Assembly (NCBI GenBank): GCA_016176525.1
Contig: JACOWZ010000003.1
Coordinates: 385,000-448,999, forward strand
Direction: 5' to 3'
DNA: 64,000 bases
Source: Candidatus Colwellbacteria bacterium
GTDB lineage: Bacteria; Patescibacteriota; Minisyncoccia; UBA6257; Colwellbacteraceae
Positions 8,901-17,853 of this stretch are shown here, one piece after another. Every line of letters begins with the position of its first letter. Position 1 is the first letter of the stretch. A model generated the notes under the pieces. That model saw only the letters and a program-made list of their open reading frames with translations, did no database searches and was not told the DNA's origin. The position numbers were made by a program, and so were the translations under genes.

Positions 8901-8929
8901 AAGATATCATATTCAGAATATGGTGTCAA
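8901..8929 (-). promoter_or_regulatory. Sigma70-type promoter with palindromic spacer
   Basis: TTGACA-N17-TATCTT with TG extension; spacer holds palindrome CATATTC-N-GAATATG (8908-8922). Confidence 0.65.
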
Positions 8930-8980
8930 AGATAGATCTGAAAATTGTTGGCGGAAGGGGATATTGATATACTAATATTA

Positions 8981-9628
8981 ATGAGACAAAGTTGGATAAT
9001 TCTTATTCCACTCGCATTTGTAACGGGTTTTATGGCGTGCTATTTATGGAGTGGGTTTACTCCCGAATCGCTTGAGACGAACTTGGAAGCCACTATCGGA
9101 TTTATCGGTTGTTCGAACACCGCACAATCAGTTATGGGGTATAGTGCAGTAGGTGGGGATGAGTTTTGGGGAATATCCGACGATCGCAAGCACGACTTTG
9201 ACGGCGGTGCGGTTGCAGATTGGGTGGATATCGGCAATAAATTTTGGCACACATTCGATAATTATTATGCTGCTAATCCGAACACTGATACTATCTGGTG
9301 GCAGATGTGTGTGCGGAGCGATGAAGATCCGACGCTAGAAGATGCGCTTGAAATTGTTTCCGGCATTAAAGGCCGTATACCAGATGTAACAATATATGTA
9401 TCGTCATTGCCGTCGTATCAAGAGGGCATCTGCAGAATAACCGGCACAAGTGGTTTGGCGCGTGGGAAAGAATTAGCGAGCGAACTGGTTTTAAAGAGTG
9501 ATGTGAGGCGCGGCCCTGAATTGCGTTCGCACGAGCCCAGTGAGATACTAGATGATGGCTGTCATATGAATGATGAGGGTTTGCGTGCGGTTGGCGAACA
9601 GCTTAAACAATTTTTCGATTCAGTATGA
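8981..9628 (+). CDS. Membrane-anchored SGNH-hydrolase-like protein
   Basis: FIGCSNT (block I-like), DGCH (DxxH), N-terminal TM. Confidence 0.6.
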   Translation: MRQSWIILIPLAFVTGFMACYLWSGFTPESLETNLEATIGFIGCSNTAQSVMGYSAVGGDEFWGISDDRKHDFDGGAVADWVDIGNKFWHTFDNYYAANPNTDTIWWQMCVRSDEDPTLEDALEIVSGIKGRIPDVTIYVSSLPSYQEGICRITGTSGLARGKELASELVLKSDVRRGPELRSHEPSEILDDGCHMNDEGLRAVGEQLKQFFDSV

Positions 9629-10761
9629 AAAGGATAGTTATAGTAGCAATTATTTTAGTGGTGGCTTTCGGCATATATAAATTTTATTCTGGAAGAGATT
9701 TAGGTGATGATGGGAGGCTTACACGAGCGATAGGCGAATATAATTGCCCAACGGTTTCCAATCTGCCCGATTTCGGCAAACTTTATGATGGTCCGCTTAT
9801 AGATACTCATATGCATATACCGCATCCGCCCGAAGGGCCGGAGTTTCTTGATTCGTTGCCATATTCCAGCCCGCACCCGCAACTAGGGCGGAGTATCACT
9901 GTGTCTGATTACATATGTAATTTCAAAACCACAGGAATTACCAAAGCTTTTATATTTTTCCCAGTTTTCCGTGGACTTGAAGATCTGCATCTTGCGGTAG
10001 CGGATGCGAGTGTTAAGAGATATCCAGAGTTTTTAGTGCCGTTTATTATGCCTCCAGAGAATGACAATGATCCGAGTGGATTTCCGACTGTAAGTGTTGA
10101 TGTTCTTGGAGAGATGCTCCAAGTGTATTCGGGGCTTTTTAGAGGCTATGGTGAAATAGGGCTCTATGCTCGCGGAGACAATAGAGGACCGACCGGAGCT
10201 CCCGAACTTCCGCCTGATTCAGAGAGGCTTCGCGAAATATACCCCATGATCCGAGAAAATAATCTTCTAGTTTACTTCCACTTAGGTCGCGGTCAGCAAG
10301 AATCTTATGAGCGTGTTTTGTCGGCAAACCCAGACATTAATTTTATATTTCATGGTGATCAGTTGATTCCATATGATCGCGGCGTGCAGAACCTTAATAT
10401 CATTGATGGAATACTTAGCCGTCATAAGAATGTCTATTACGGGATTGATGAGTTATATGGAGATGTTTGGCTTCTACATCCAGATAAAAGCAAAGATCAA
10501 TTCTTCAAACATTTTGAGAACTACGAAGAACTCTTGGAATATGATATCGCAACATGGAAAGGGTTTATAGAACGGCATCCCGACCAAGTGCTTTGGGGGA
10601 CCGACCGCGGGGTTGGCAATATCTGGAGCATGGATCGCGATGTAGGATTAACGCTTACACGTTATGCACGGGCATTTATTGCATTACTCGAACCATCTGT
10701 ACAAGATAGATTTGCTCATTTGAATGCCGAGGCGCTGTTGCTTAAATCATCGAATAAGTGA
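9625..10761 (+). CDS. Membrane-anchored amidohydrolase-family (TIM barrel) metalloenzyme
   Basis: IDTHMH, GYGEIG, VYFH, IFHG, LWGTD, FAHLNA. Confidence 0.8.
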   Translation: MKRIVIVAIILVVAFGIYKFYSGRDLGDDGRLTRAIGEYNCPTVSNLPDFGKLYDGPLIDTHMHIPHPPEGPEFLDSLPYSSPHPQLGRSITVSDYICNFKTTGITKAFIFFPVFRGLEDLHLAVADASVKRYPEFLVPFIMPPENDNDPSGFPTVSVDVLGEMLQVYSGLFRGYGEIGLYARGDNRGPTGAPELPPDSERLREIYPMIRENNLLVYFHLGRGQQESYERVLSANPDINFIFHGDQLIPYDRGVQNLNIIDGILSRHKNVYYGIDELYGDVWLLHPDKSKDQFFKHFENYEELLEYDIATWKGFIERHPDQVLWGTDRGVGNIWSMDRDVGLTLTRYARAFIALLEPSVQDRFAHLNAEALLLKSSNK

Positions 10762-10858
10762 GTTGAAAATAATACCAACTTTCTGTATTATAGATATGAA
10801 GTCTTCCCTTGTGGATGGCTTTTTGCTTTTCTAGATATATAATCCGCTAATTAAATAG

Positions 10859-12217
10859 ATGACTAAGGATAGCCTAAATGCTGTTGTTGGAAAGACCCCC
10901 TGGTGGCGCAGGGCCGTTTTTTATGAACTCTATGTAGATAAATTTGCTGGCAATTTTAGAGGGCTAGCCGATAAAATCTCATACTTTAAAACTTTGGGTG
11001 TAGACGCTTTGCATATTTTGCCGCACTATCCGTCTCCAATGGTAGATGATGGATATGATGTTTCAGACTACATGAATATTCGTAAAAACTTGGGCACGAT
11101 GGACGATTTTGCTTTGTTTGTAAGCCAGGCCAAAGATGCAGGAATTAAAATAATGGTTGAGTTGCCTTTTAATCACACCTCGGTGGAGCATCCGTGGTTT
11201 TTAAAAAGCAAGGAATCCAAAACTAACCCCTATCGCGATTATTATTTGTGGAGCAATACAGGCAAAGAACTTGCCGCGGCGGCTAACGCCTTCCCCGAAA
11301 TCAAGCCGAGTAATTGGGTATTTGATAAAGAAGCCGGCGCGTATTTTTTCTCAACTTTTTATCCGACGCAACCGGATCTTAATTGGGGCAATCCAGAGGT
11401 TTTGAAGGAAATACTAAAAGTAATTGATTTTTGGGTGGCAGCGGGTGTTAATGCTTTTCGGCTTGATGCGGTGTCATACTTGGCGAAGAGCGAGGGTAAG
11501 ATAAGAAATCTGCAAGAATCCCACGATATAATTAGAAAAATCAGGGATCATGTTGAGCGTAAATATGGGGATATTGCACTTTTGGGAGAAGTTCATGACA
11601 CATTGGATGTTACGCGAACATATTTTGGCGATGGTTTGGAATGCCAGCTGGTTTATAATTTTCCTCTTGCGGAAGCAATAGCGGTAAAACTTGTTTTGGG
11701 CGAGGATGAACGACTAAAAAAAATTATAAGCGATCTGTCGGCGCCAGCCGGCTCCGCTTGGGTTTCTTTTATAAGAAATCATGACGAATTGTCTTTGTCT
11801 ACACTAGATATTGAAACGCGCGAGCGGCTTTCGAATGCAATAGACCCAAAAAGGCGGTTAAGGTTCCACGGCGGTGTTTCCGCCCGACTCGCGGATATGT
11901 GTTTAAAGTCAAAACTCGGCTTCGAGGAGGCGGTGCGCACGGCATTCGGCTTATTACTTAGCCTGCCGACAGCAGCAGTAATATATTATGGCGATGAAAT
12001 AAATATGAAAAATGCCGATGGCGATGCTTATAAAGACACACGCCGTTTTGTTCGTGCAGAATTTGACTGGGAGGAAGCCGAAAAGCAAATAAAAAATCCC
12101 GCTTCTTTATTTTCGTTTATCCGCGGTAAAATCACTGAGCGTAGGATTCGCGGTAGAGAAGTTCTTGATTCTCGAATATTTGGGGATAATACCCAGATAT
12201 CATTGCGCGGCGTTTAA
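10859..12217 (+). CDS. GH13 alpha-amylase family, trehalose synthase (TreS)-like
   Basis: YPSPMVDDGYDVSDY, NHTS, QPDLNW, FRLDAV, LGEV, RNHDEL, YYGDEI. Confidence 0.85.
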   Translation: MTKDSLNAVVGKTPWWRRAVFYELYVDKFAGNFRGLADKISYFKTLGVDALHILPHYPSPMVDDGYDVSDYMNIRKNLGTMDDFALFVSQAKDAGIKIMVELPFNHTSVEHPWFLKSKESKTNPYRDYYLWSNTGKELAAAANAFPEIKPSNWVFDKEAGAYFFSTFYPTQPDLNWGNPEVLKEILKVIDFWVAAGVNAFRLDAVSYLAKSEGKIRNLQESHDIIRKIRDHVERKYGDIALLGEVHDTLDVTRTYFGDGLECQLVYNFPLAEAIAVKLVLGEDERLKKIISDLSAPAGSAWVSFIRNHDELSLSTLDIETRERLSNAIDPKRRLRFHGGVSARLADMCLKSKLGFEEAVRTAFGLLLSLPTAAVIYYGDEINMKNADGDAYKDTRRFVRAEFDWEEAEKQIKNPASLFSFIRGKITERRIRGREVLDSRIFGDNTQISLRGV

Positions 12218-12290
12218 AAAGCAGCGGTGCTAAAATTCTTCATATTGTCGTGGGTATTTTTATTGATGGTATAATAAAATAGCAATAAAG

Positions 12291-12548
12291 ATGCAGAAAA
12301 TTTTTGAAGATACTAAAAGAGTTAGAGTGGAAGTCCGTGAGCGGGCAGTGGGCTATATTACCGCGGCTTTTGCATTTGTCGCGGGCCTTGCGTGGAACGA
12401 GGCGATAAAAGCGTTTATTGAGTTTTTGTTTCCGCTTAGCAAAGACACAATTCTGGCAAAGTTTGTCTATGCGATATTACTAACAATTATTCTAACTATT
12501 ATTGCTGTTTATTTAGTAAAATTCTCTAAATCACAGAAAAATCAATAA
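12291..12548 (+). CDS. Small membrane protein, DUF5654-like
   Basis: YITAAFAFVAGLAWNEAIK signature, two TM helices. Confidence 0.75.
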   Translation: MQKIFEDTKRVRVEVRERAVGYITAAFAFVAGLAWNEAIKAFIEFLFPLSKDTILAKFVYAILLTIILTIIAVYLVKFSKSQKNQ

Positions 12549-12632
12549 TAAAAAATCCTGCCAAGTATTTTACTTGTACGGGAGTTCCAGCCGCTGACAC
12601 GATTTTCTCTAGCGTTTTTGTATAATATATGT

Positions 12633-13106
12633 ATGAAAAAGATTATTATTTTGATTTTGGTAGCAATCGGGGCTGGCCTTGCTTGGTGGCTTGGTTCACC
12701 ACTTTTTATAGATAAAGAGGTTAACGAAACAATTGAAGATATACAGAAAATGGCCCCGCCGATGGCTGCCGGCATGGAGTCTATATCGGTTACAGAAAGA
12801 ATTGGAACTTTTGTCGGTGCGGACGATTTTCATAAAGGTGAAGGAACAGTAAGTTTAATTAAATTGGGAGATAAATATTTCGTGCGGTTTGAAGATGATT
12901 TTAAAGTTACAAATGGCCCGGATTTATTTGTTTACTTCGGGCGCGATGGGGAATACATTAAAGATACTAATCTCGGAGTGCTAAAAGGAAATATAGGCAG
13001 CCAGAATTACGAGGTATCCGCAGAAATCAATCCAAATGATTACAACGAGGTTTGGGTATGGTGTCGGGCGTTCTCGGTGCCTTTTGCTAAAGCAGTTCTA
13101 AACTAG
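12633..13106 (+). CDS. DM13-domain protein
   Basis: HKGEG, NGPDLFVY, LKGNIGSQNY, WCRAFSVPF. Confidence 0.88.
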   Translation: MKKIIILILVAIGAGLAWWLGSPLFIDKEVNETIEDIQKMAPPMAAGMESISVTERIGTFVGADDFHKGEGTVSLIKLGDKYFVRFEDDFKVTNGPDLFVYFGRDGEYIKDTNLGVLKGNIGSQNYEVSAEINPNDYNEVWVWCRAFSVPFAKAVLN

Positions 13107-13129
13107 GTGTTTTGTTACAATTTATGTAA

Positions 13130-13360
13130 ATGGCGCATAAAATACCCGCAGATTTATGGAAAGTTATTGTTTCTGACCCCGCAGCTCTTGTGGCGTGGAA
13201 AGATATTACGCCGCTTGCGCGCAATGAGTGGATTTGTTGGACAGTTTCGGTCAAAAAACCCGAGACGAGAAAGGAGCACGTCAAAAGAGTGGTATCGGAG
13301 TTGAAAGAAGGAAAACGCCGGCCATGCTGCTGGGCTGGTTGCTTACATCGTGAGGCTTAA
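13130..13360 (+). CDS. YdeI/OmpD-associated family protein
   Basis: ITPLARNEWICW, KPETR, RRPCCWAGC. Confidence 0.8.
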   Translation: MAHKIPADLWKVIVSDPAALVAWKDITPLARNEWICWTVSVKKPETRKEHVKRVVSELKEGKRRPCCWAGCLHREA

Positions 13361-13851
13361 TTTTTCTTAAGCCAAGAAGATAATATTTTTTCTACTTCTA
13401 CAATAATTTTGCTAAGTGCGGTGTCTAAGATAGAGGGCTTAAATTCTGTGCGGCGAGTAAAAAGGTATGTTGCTATTATTGCCGGGAATATTGCAAGCAC
13501 TGGGTTTACAATTGCGCCTACAAAGACTATCGCGCCATAGCCCCATATAGAATATCGTTCTTTTTCTATAAGCCCGTAGGCGGAGACTATTGCAATTAGC
13601 CCAACTAACAGCCTTAACATATAGAGGGTTAAATTAGTTTTGCCTGGGTTTACAACGTCTATAAAACTACTGCCAACAATGCTTAAACCACCAATAAGGG
13701 TTGCAAGGGCGATTAATTTAAGTGCGTTTGGAGCGGTGCCCAAAGGCAATTTAATATTTAGCTCTTTTGCGGCTTCTGCAACGGCTTTTTGGGCTTTTTG
13801 TTCTACTTTCTTTACTTCTTTTGCCGAATCGGGATTTTTTGTAGATTCCAT
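13357..13851 (-). CDS. Hypothetical membrane protein
   Basis: Several hydrophobic helices; TAAAAT 7 nt before ATG. Confidence 0.65.
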   Translation of the reverse strand: MESTKNPDSAKEVKKVEQKAQKAVAEAAKELNIKLPLGTAPNALKLIALATLIGGLSIVGSSFIDVVNPGKTNLTLYMLRLLVGLIAIVSAYGLIEKERYSIWGYGAIVFVGAIVNPVLAIFPAIIATYLFTRRTEFKPSILDTALSKIIVEVEKILSSWLKKN

Positions 13852-13899
13852 TGAAGTAATTTTACTATATGGGTGTTTTGGTGCAAAATACATCAGACT

Positions 13900-14787
13900 A
13901 TGCGAGAGATAAAAAAAGTTGAATTATCGGCAGTTAGTTTAGGCATTGCTTTGGCTGTGGTTGTCGCAGCTGGCGGCTATGGGGTGTATAAGTTTTTTGC
14001 ATACGCGGATTCAACCCAAGAACAGTTAGATTCTTTAAATAGCAAAGTTAGCTCGTTAGATAGCCTTTTTAGCCAGCTTGCCCAGAACAATAATTTTTTG
14101 CAAGAAGCGTTGCAGAATGAGCAGCAAAGAAGAGCCGTTTTGGAGGCGACATTAGAAGATGTTTCCGGTGACTTAGGCGCTATTAAAAAACTGCAGGAAA
14201 TTGACCCCGAGATTCTAAAAAAATATTCAAAAGTATTTTTTTTAAGCGACAATTATGTGCCGTCGGACTTAGCGAATATTCCAGAGAGATATTTATTTGA
14301 GGAAAAGAACCCTGAAGAAATACATACAAAAGTTTTGCCGTTTATTTCGGATATGATACGAGCAGCGGATAGAAACGGCATAGATCTTAAAATTATTTCT
14401 GCCTACAGGTCTTTTGGAGAGCAAGTTGGTTTAAAGAGTACATATCGGGTGCTCTACGGCGCCGGCACAGCCAACAGTTTTTCTGCAGAGCAGGGCTATT
14501 CTGAACACCAGCTTGGCACAACCGTTGACTTTACCGTAGAAGAAGTTGGCGGCAATTTAGACGGTTTTGAAAAATCAGATGCCTACGAATGGCTTACGCG
14601 CAATGCCCATAATTATGGCTTTGTTTTGTCTTACCCGCCGGACAACAATTATTATGTGTTTGAGCCGTGGCACTGGCGGTTTGTAGGCAAAGAACTTGCT
14701 CGCGATTTAGATAACGATGATTTGTACTTATACGATATGCCGCAAAGGGATATAGACGAGTACCTTATAACTGTTTTTGACAGATAA
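13900..14787 (+). CDS. M15B (VanY-like) D,D-carboxypeptidase with TM anchor and coiled-coil stalk
   Basis: SAYRS, SEHQLGTTVD, EPWHWRFVG. Confidence 0.9.
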   Translation: MREIKKVELSAVSLGIALAVVVAAGGYGVYKFFAYADSTQEQLDSLNSKVSSLDSLFSQLAQNNNFLQEALQNEQQRRAVLEATLEDVSGDLGAIKKLQEIDPEILKKYSKVFFLSDNYVPSDLANIPERYLFEEKNPEEIHTKVLPFISDMIRAADRNGIDLKIISAYRSFGEQVGLKSTYRVLYGAGTANSFSAEQGYSEHQLGTTVDFTVEEVGGNLDGFEKSDAYEWLTRNAHNYGFVLSYPPDNNYYVFEPWHWRFVGKELARDLDNDDLYLYDMPQRDIDEYLITVFDR

Positions 14788-14810
14788 ATAGTCGTGATAT
14801 AATTAAAAAA

Positions 14811-15719
14811 ATGAAAAACAAAAAATACGTTTGGTGGGTTATAGCTCTTTTGGTCCTAGTTGGCGGGTATTTTTGGATAACTAATCTGCCAGGGAGCCCG
14901 GTTACAGAAGAAACCGGTGAAGAAACGCAAGTTCCATCTAATGAGATAACTCCTGGCGGGGAAGAAGTAGAACAGAGTCCCGTGAGTGTTTTAGGCACAT
15001 CTGCGGGCGGCAATGATATTTTGGCGTATAACTATGGTGCGGGGGACAAAAATTTGCTCTTTATAGGTGGCATACATGGCGGGTACAGCTGGAACACGGC
15101 ACTCGTTGCCTATGAGCTTATAGATTATTTAGAGGCTAACCCAGGTGTTCTGCCTGCAAACGTTAAAGTAACTGTTATACCTGTTTTGAATCCAGATGGG
15201 TTAGAAAAAGTTTTTGGCACAACCGGCCGGTTTAGCGATAGCCAGGCGCCCGCTAACCAAGCAGCGACGGTTCCGGGCAGATTTAACGCAAACAATGTGG
15301 ATCTTAACCGCAACTTTGATTGTGACTGGCAGGCTAAAGCTATGTGGCAAACTACTCCAGTTAGCGGCGGCACAAGCGCATTTTCTGAGCCGGAGGCCCG
15401 TGCGTTAAAGAATTATATTGATGCAAATAATCCCTCTGCGGTTGTGGCGTGGTACAGTGCAGTTGGTGGAGTGTTTTCTTCTAATTGCCACAACGGAATA
15501 CTTGCAGAAACCAAAGAAATTACAAATGTGTATGCCGATGCATCAGGTTACAGAGCATACGAACAGTGGAGTTTTTATGAAACAACGGGTGATGCCGTAA
15601 ACTGGATGGCAAAAGAAGGAATTCCCGCAATAAGCGTACTCTTGACTACCCACAAAGATATTGAGTGGGATAAAAATAGAGCTGGCGTACTTGCTTTGTT
15701 CGAACATTTCGCAGAATAA
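14811..15719 (+). CDS. M14 zinc carboxypeptidase-family protein, catalytic residues degenerate
   Basis: GGIHGGYS, NPDG, NNVDLNRNF, FSEPEA; WYS and ISVLL replace WHS and ITVEL. Confidence 0.82.
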   Translation: MKNKKYVWWVIALLVLVGGYFWITNLPGSPVTEETGEETQVPSNEITPGGEEVEQSPVSVLGTSAGGNDILAYNYGAGDKNLLFIGGIHGGYSWNTALVAYELIDYLEANPGVLPANVKVTVIPVLNPDGLEKVFGTTGRFSDSQAPANQAATVPGRFNANNVDLNRNFDCDWQAKAMWQTTPVSGGTSAFSEPEARALKNYIDANNPSAVVAWYSAVGGVFSSNCHNGILAETKEITNVYADASGYRAYEQWSFYETTGDAVNWMAKEGIPAISVLLTTHKDIEWDKNRAGVLALFEHFAE

Positions 15720-16574
15720 ATGCGCATCCATTTTTGGATTTTAGCGCTTATTGCCTTCGTAGTAGGTGCAATTGCGGTTTTTTCGTTGACCTGGTTTTTG
15801 CGCTCGGAGCCTACTAGAGAAGAAGTTATAACAGAACCTCTGCGCAAAGTGATTGGAGCATCCGTTGAGGGCAGAGATATTGAAAGTTATACGTATGGCG
15901 GAGGGGATACACATCTTGTTTTTGTTGGGGGTGTGCACGGAGGCTATGAATGGAACAGTGTAGTGCTTGCGTATGAGTTTATAGATTATTTTGATGAGAA
16001 TACTGGTATTATTCCGGATGGAATAAAAGTTACGGTTATCCCAAACGTAAACCCAGACGGGGTGTATAAAGTTATTGGCAAGGAGGGGCGGTTTGTAGCC
16101 GCGGATGCCCCGAGTGTAGAAAAAACCGTGCCCGGCAGATTTAATGCAAGAGGTGTTGATTTAAATCGAAACTTTGACTGCAAATGGAAACCGCAAAGTA
16201 TGTGGCGCGGCAATGTAGTTAGTGCGGGCACCGCGCCCTTTTCGGAGCCCGAAGCTAGGGCAATTAGAGACTTTACCTTAACAAATAGCCCTACTGCGGT
16301 TGTGTTCTGGCACAGTCAGGCAAATACAGTCTATGCTTCCGAGTGCGAAGACGGCATAATGCCGGCAACTATAGATATTATGGATGCTTATGCCAAGGCC
16401 GCAGGCTATAACGCGGTTGATTCCTTTGATGCCTACGAGGTTACTGGTGATGCAGAGGGATGGCTTGCCTCAATAGGCATACCTGCTATTACCGTAGAGC
16501 TAGAAACGCACGAAACAATTGAGTGGGATAGGAACCTTGCGGGGGTGCTTGCTATATTTGAATATTACAGGTAG
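15720..16574 (+). CDS. M14 zinc carboxypeptidase (MpaA-like), intact motifs
   Basis: GGVHGGYE, NPDG, RFNARGVDLNRNF, FWHS, ITVEL. Confidence 0.87.
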   Translation: MRIHFWILALIAFVVGAIAVFSLTWFLRSEPTREEVITEPLRKVIGASVEGRDIESYTYGGGDTHLVFVGGVHGGYEWNSVVLAYEFIDYFDENTGIIPDGIKVTVIPNVNPDGVYKVIGKEGRFVAADAPSVEKTVPGRFNARGVDLNRNFDCKWKPQSMWRGNVVSAGTAPFSEPEARAIRDFTLTNSPTAVVFWHSQANTVYASECEDGIMPATIDIMDAYAKAAGYNAVDSFDAYEVTGDAEGWLASIGIPAITVELETHETIEWDRNLAGVLAIFEYYR

Positions 16575-16620
16575 CCTATATGCTATAATAAAAGGGTCGA
16601 TAAAAAACCAATAAAAAATA

Positions 16621-16869
16621 ATGGCAAACGCAGCATTTATGAAGCCGATGCAGCTTTCCGCAGATTTGGAGGCTGTGGTAGGCAAAGGGCCAATGCCTAG
16701 GTCTGAAGTCGTAAAGAAGCTTTGGGAATACATCAAAGCAAACGACTTGCAAGACAAACAGAACAAACGCAACATTAATGCCGACGCAAAGCTTAAGAAA
16801 GTTTTCGGCGGCAAAGAGCAAGTGTCAATGTTTGAGATGACCAAGCTCGTTTCTGGCCACCTTTCGTAA
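16621..16869 (+). CDS. Stand-alone SWIB/MDM2-domain protein
   Basis: LSADLEAVVG, RSEVVKKLWEYIKANDLQD, INADAKL, SMFEMTK. Confidence 0.92.
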   Translation: MANAAFMKPMQLSADLEAVVGKGPMPRSEVVKKLWEYIKANDLQDKQNKRNINADAKLKKVFGGKEQVSMFEMTKLVSGHLS

Positions 16870-16885
16870 CAAAAAAGAGCGCGGT

Positions 16886-17335
16886 TCAGTCGCGCTCGTC
16901 CGAAAATCCGCTGTGATCTGTAAAGATCGGCGGATTTTCTATTTGTGGGCTCCAATGTACTTTGGGTATTTCGGATTTTATCGGGAATCCTACAACGGTT
17001 TCTTCGGGTGGCTTTATACCGCCGCCACCGTCATCTCCACCGGATACGGTTTTGGGGTGTTCTCTTTTGTAGGCTGCTATCACCCGGTCTGCCTGTATTT
17101 TTGATCCCCAAGTTTCGTCTATCTTTCTCCAGTGTAGTGGAGTGACAAGAACGAACCCAAGGGATGCCAAGAGGAAAAGCGGGAATAGCGGACTGGGGTA
17201 GTAGACTGTCCCTAGCCCAGCGAACACTGTTGCAGCTGCGATAGTGTAGAGCTTGAACGCCCAAATTCCCAGTATTCCCAGCACTTGGGGTGCGTTGTAT
17301 CCTGCGAACATTTCTTTTCTCTCCTTCGCCCACAC
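16886..17335 (-). CDS. Hypothetical membrane protein
   Basis: Two TM segments, low-complexity tail; hairpin overlaps the stop. Confidence 0.5.
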   Translation of the reverse strand: MWAKERKEMFAGYNAPQVLGILGIWAFKLYTIAAATVFAGLGTVYYPSPLFPLFLLASLGFVLVTPLHWRKIDETWGSKIQADRVIAAYKREHPKTVSGGDDGGGGIKPPEETVVGFPIKSEIPKVHWSPQIENPPIFTDHSGFSDERD

Positions 17336-17375
17336 TTTTAAAGGGCTTCTATACCCTTTATACCATAAAGGGGGG

Positions 17376-17744
17376 TTACTTGACTATTACAATTTTTATG
17401 GAGAAGTCGCCGTTTGCGATTGTACACTTACCCTCATTAACTGCTTCAAAGCGGGTGCCGCCTTCGGGCAAATCTGCGCTAGGAGTGTTTGATATTAATT
17501 TAACTGCGCCTTCCGGATTACATTTTATTTCGTAATCTGGGCCGTAATCCGTCGGTTCTAATAGAATAGTAAACCTAGACATTGTGTTATATTCAAAGGT
17601 TTTATTATTATCTTCGGCTTTTACTTGATATCGGTCGGTTATCGCTGGCGTTGGCAGCACATCGGTGCCGGCAAGAGCGATTAAGGTTATAAAGAAGAGA
17701 ACAGCTACGATTACAGATAGTGTTATTTTGTTAGTTTTTGTCAT
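17376..17744 (-). CDS. Membrane-anchored beta-rich extracytoplasmic protein divergent from the ECF sigma factor
   Basis: N-terminal TM, Cys pair; ECF-type promoter 8 nt upstream of ATG. Confidence 0.65.
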   Translation of the reverse strand: MTKTNKITLSVIVAVLFFITLIALAGTDVLPTPAITDRYQVKAEDNNKTFEYNTMSRFTILLEPTDYGPDYEIKCNPEGAVKLISNTPSADLPEGGTRFEAVNEGKCTIANGDFSIKIVIVK

Positions 17745-17752
17745 CACATTAA

Positions 17753-17812
17753 AAGACGCGGTAGAACATCTTTTATTACAGGAGTGTAATAGCATATCGC
17801 CGCAGACGTCTT
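17753..17812. promoter_or_regulatory. Back-to-back ECF-type promoters TGTAAT-N16-CGTCTT
   Basis: + strand 17785-17812 and - strand 17780-17753 have identical hexamers and spacing. Confidence 0.75.
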
Positions 17813-17853
17813 ATATATTACGGTGCGTGTTTTTTTAGCTTCTCTATTTTTAT

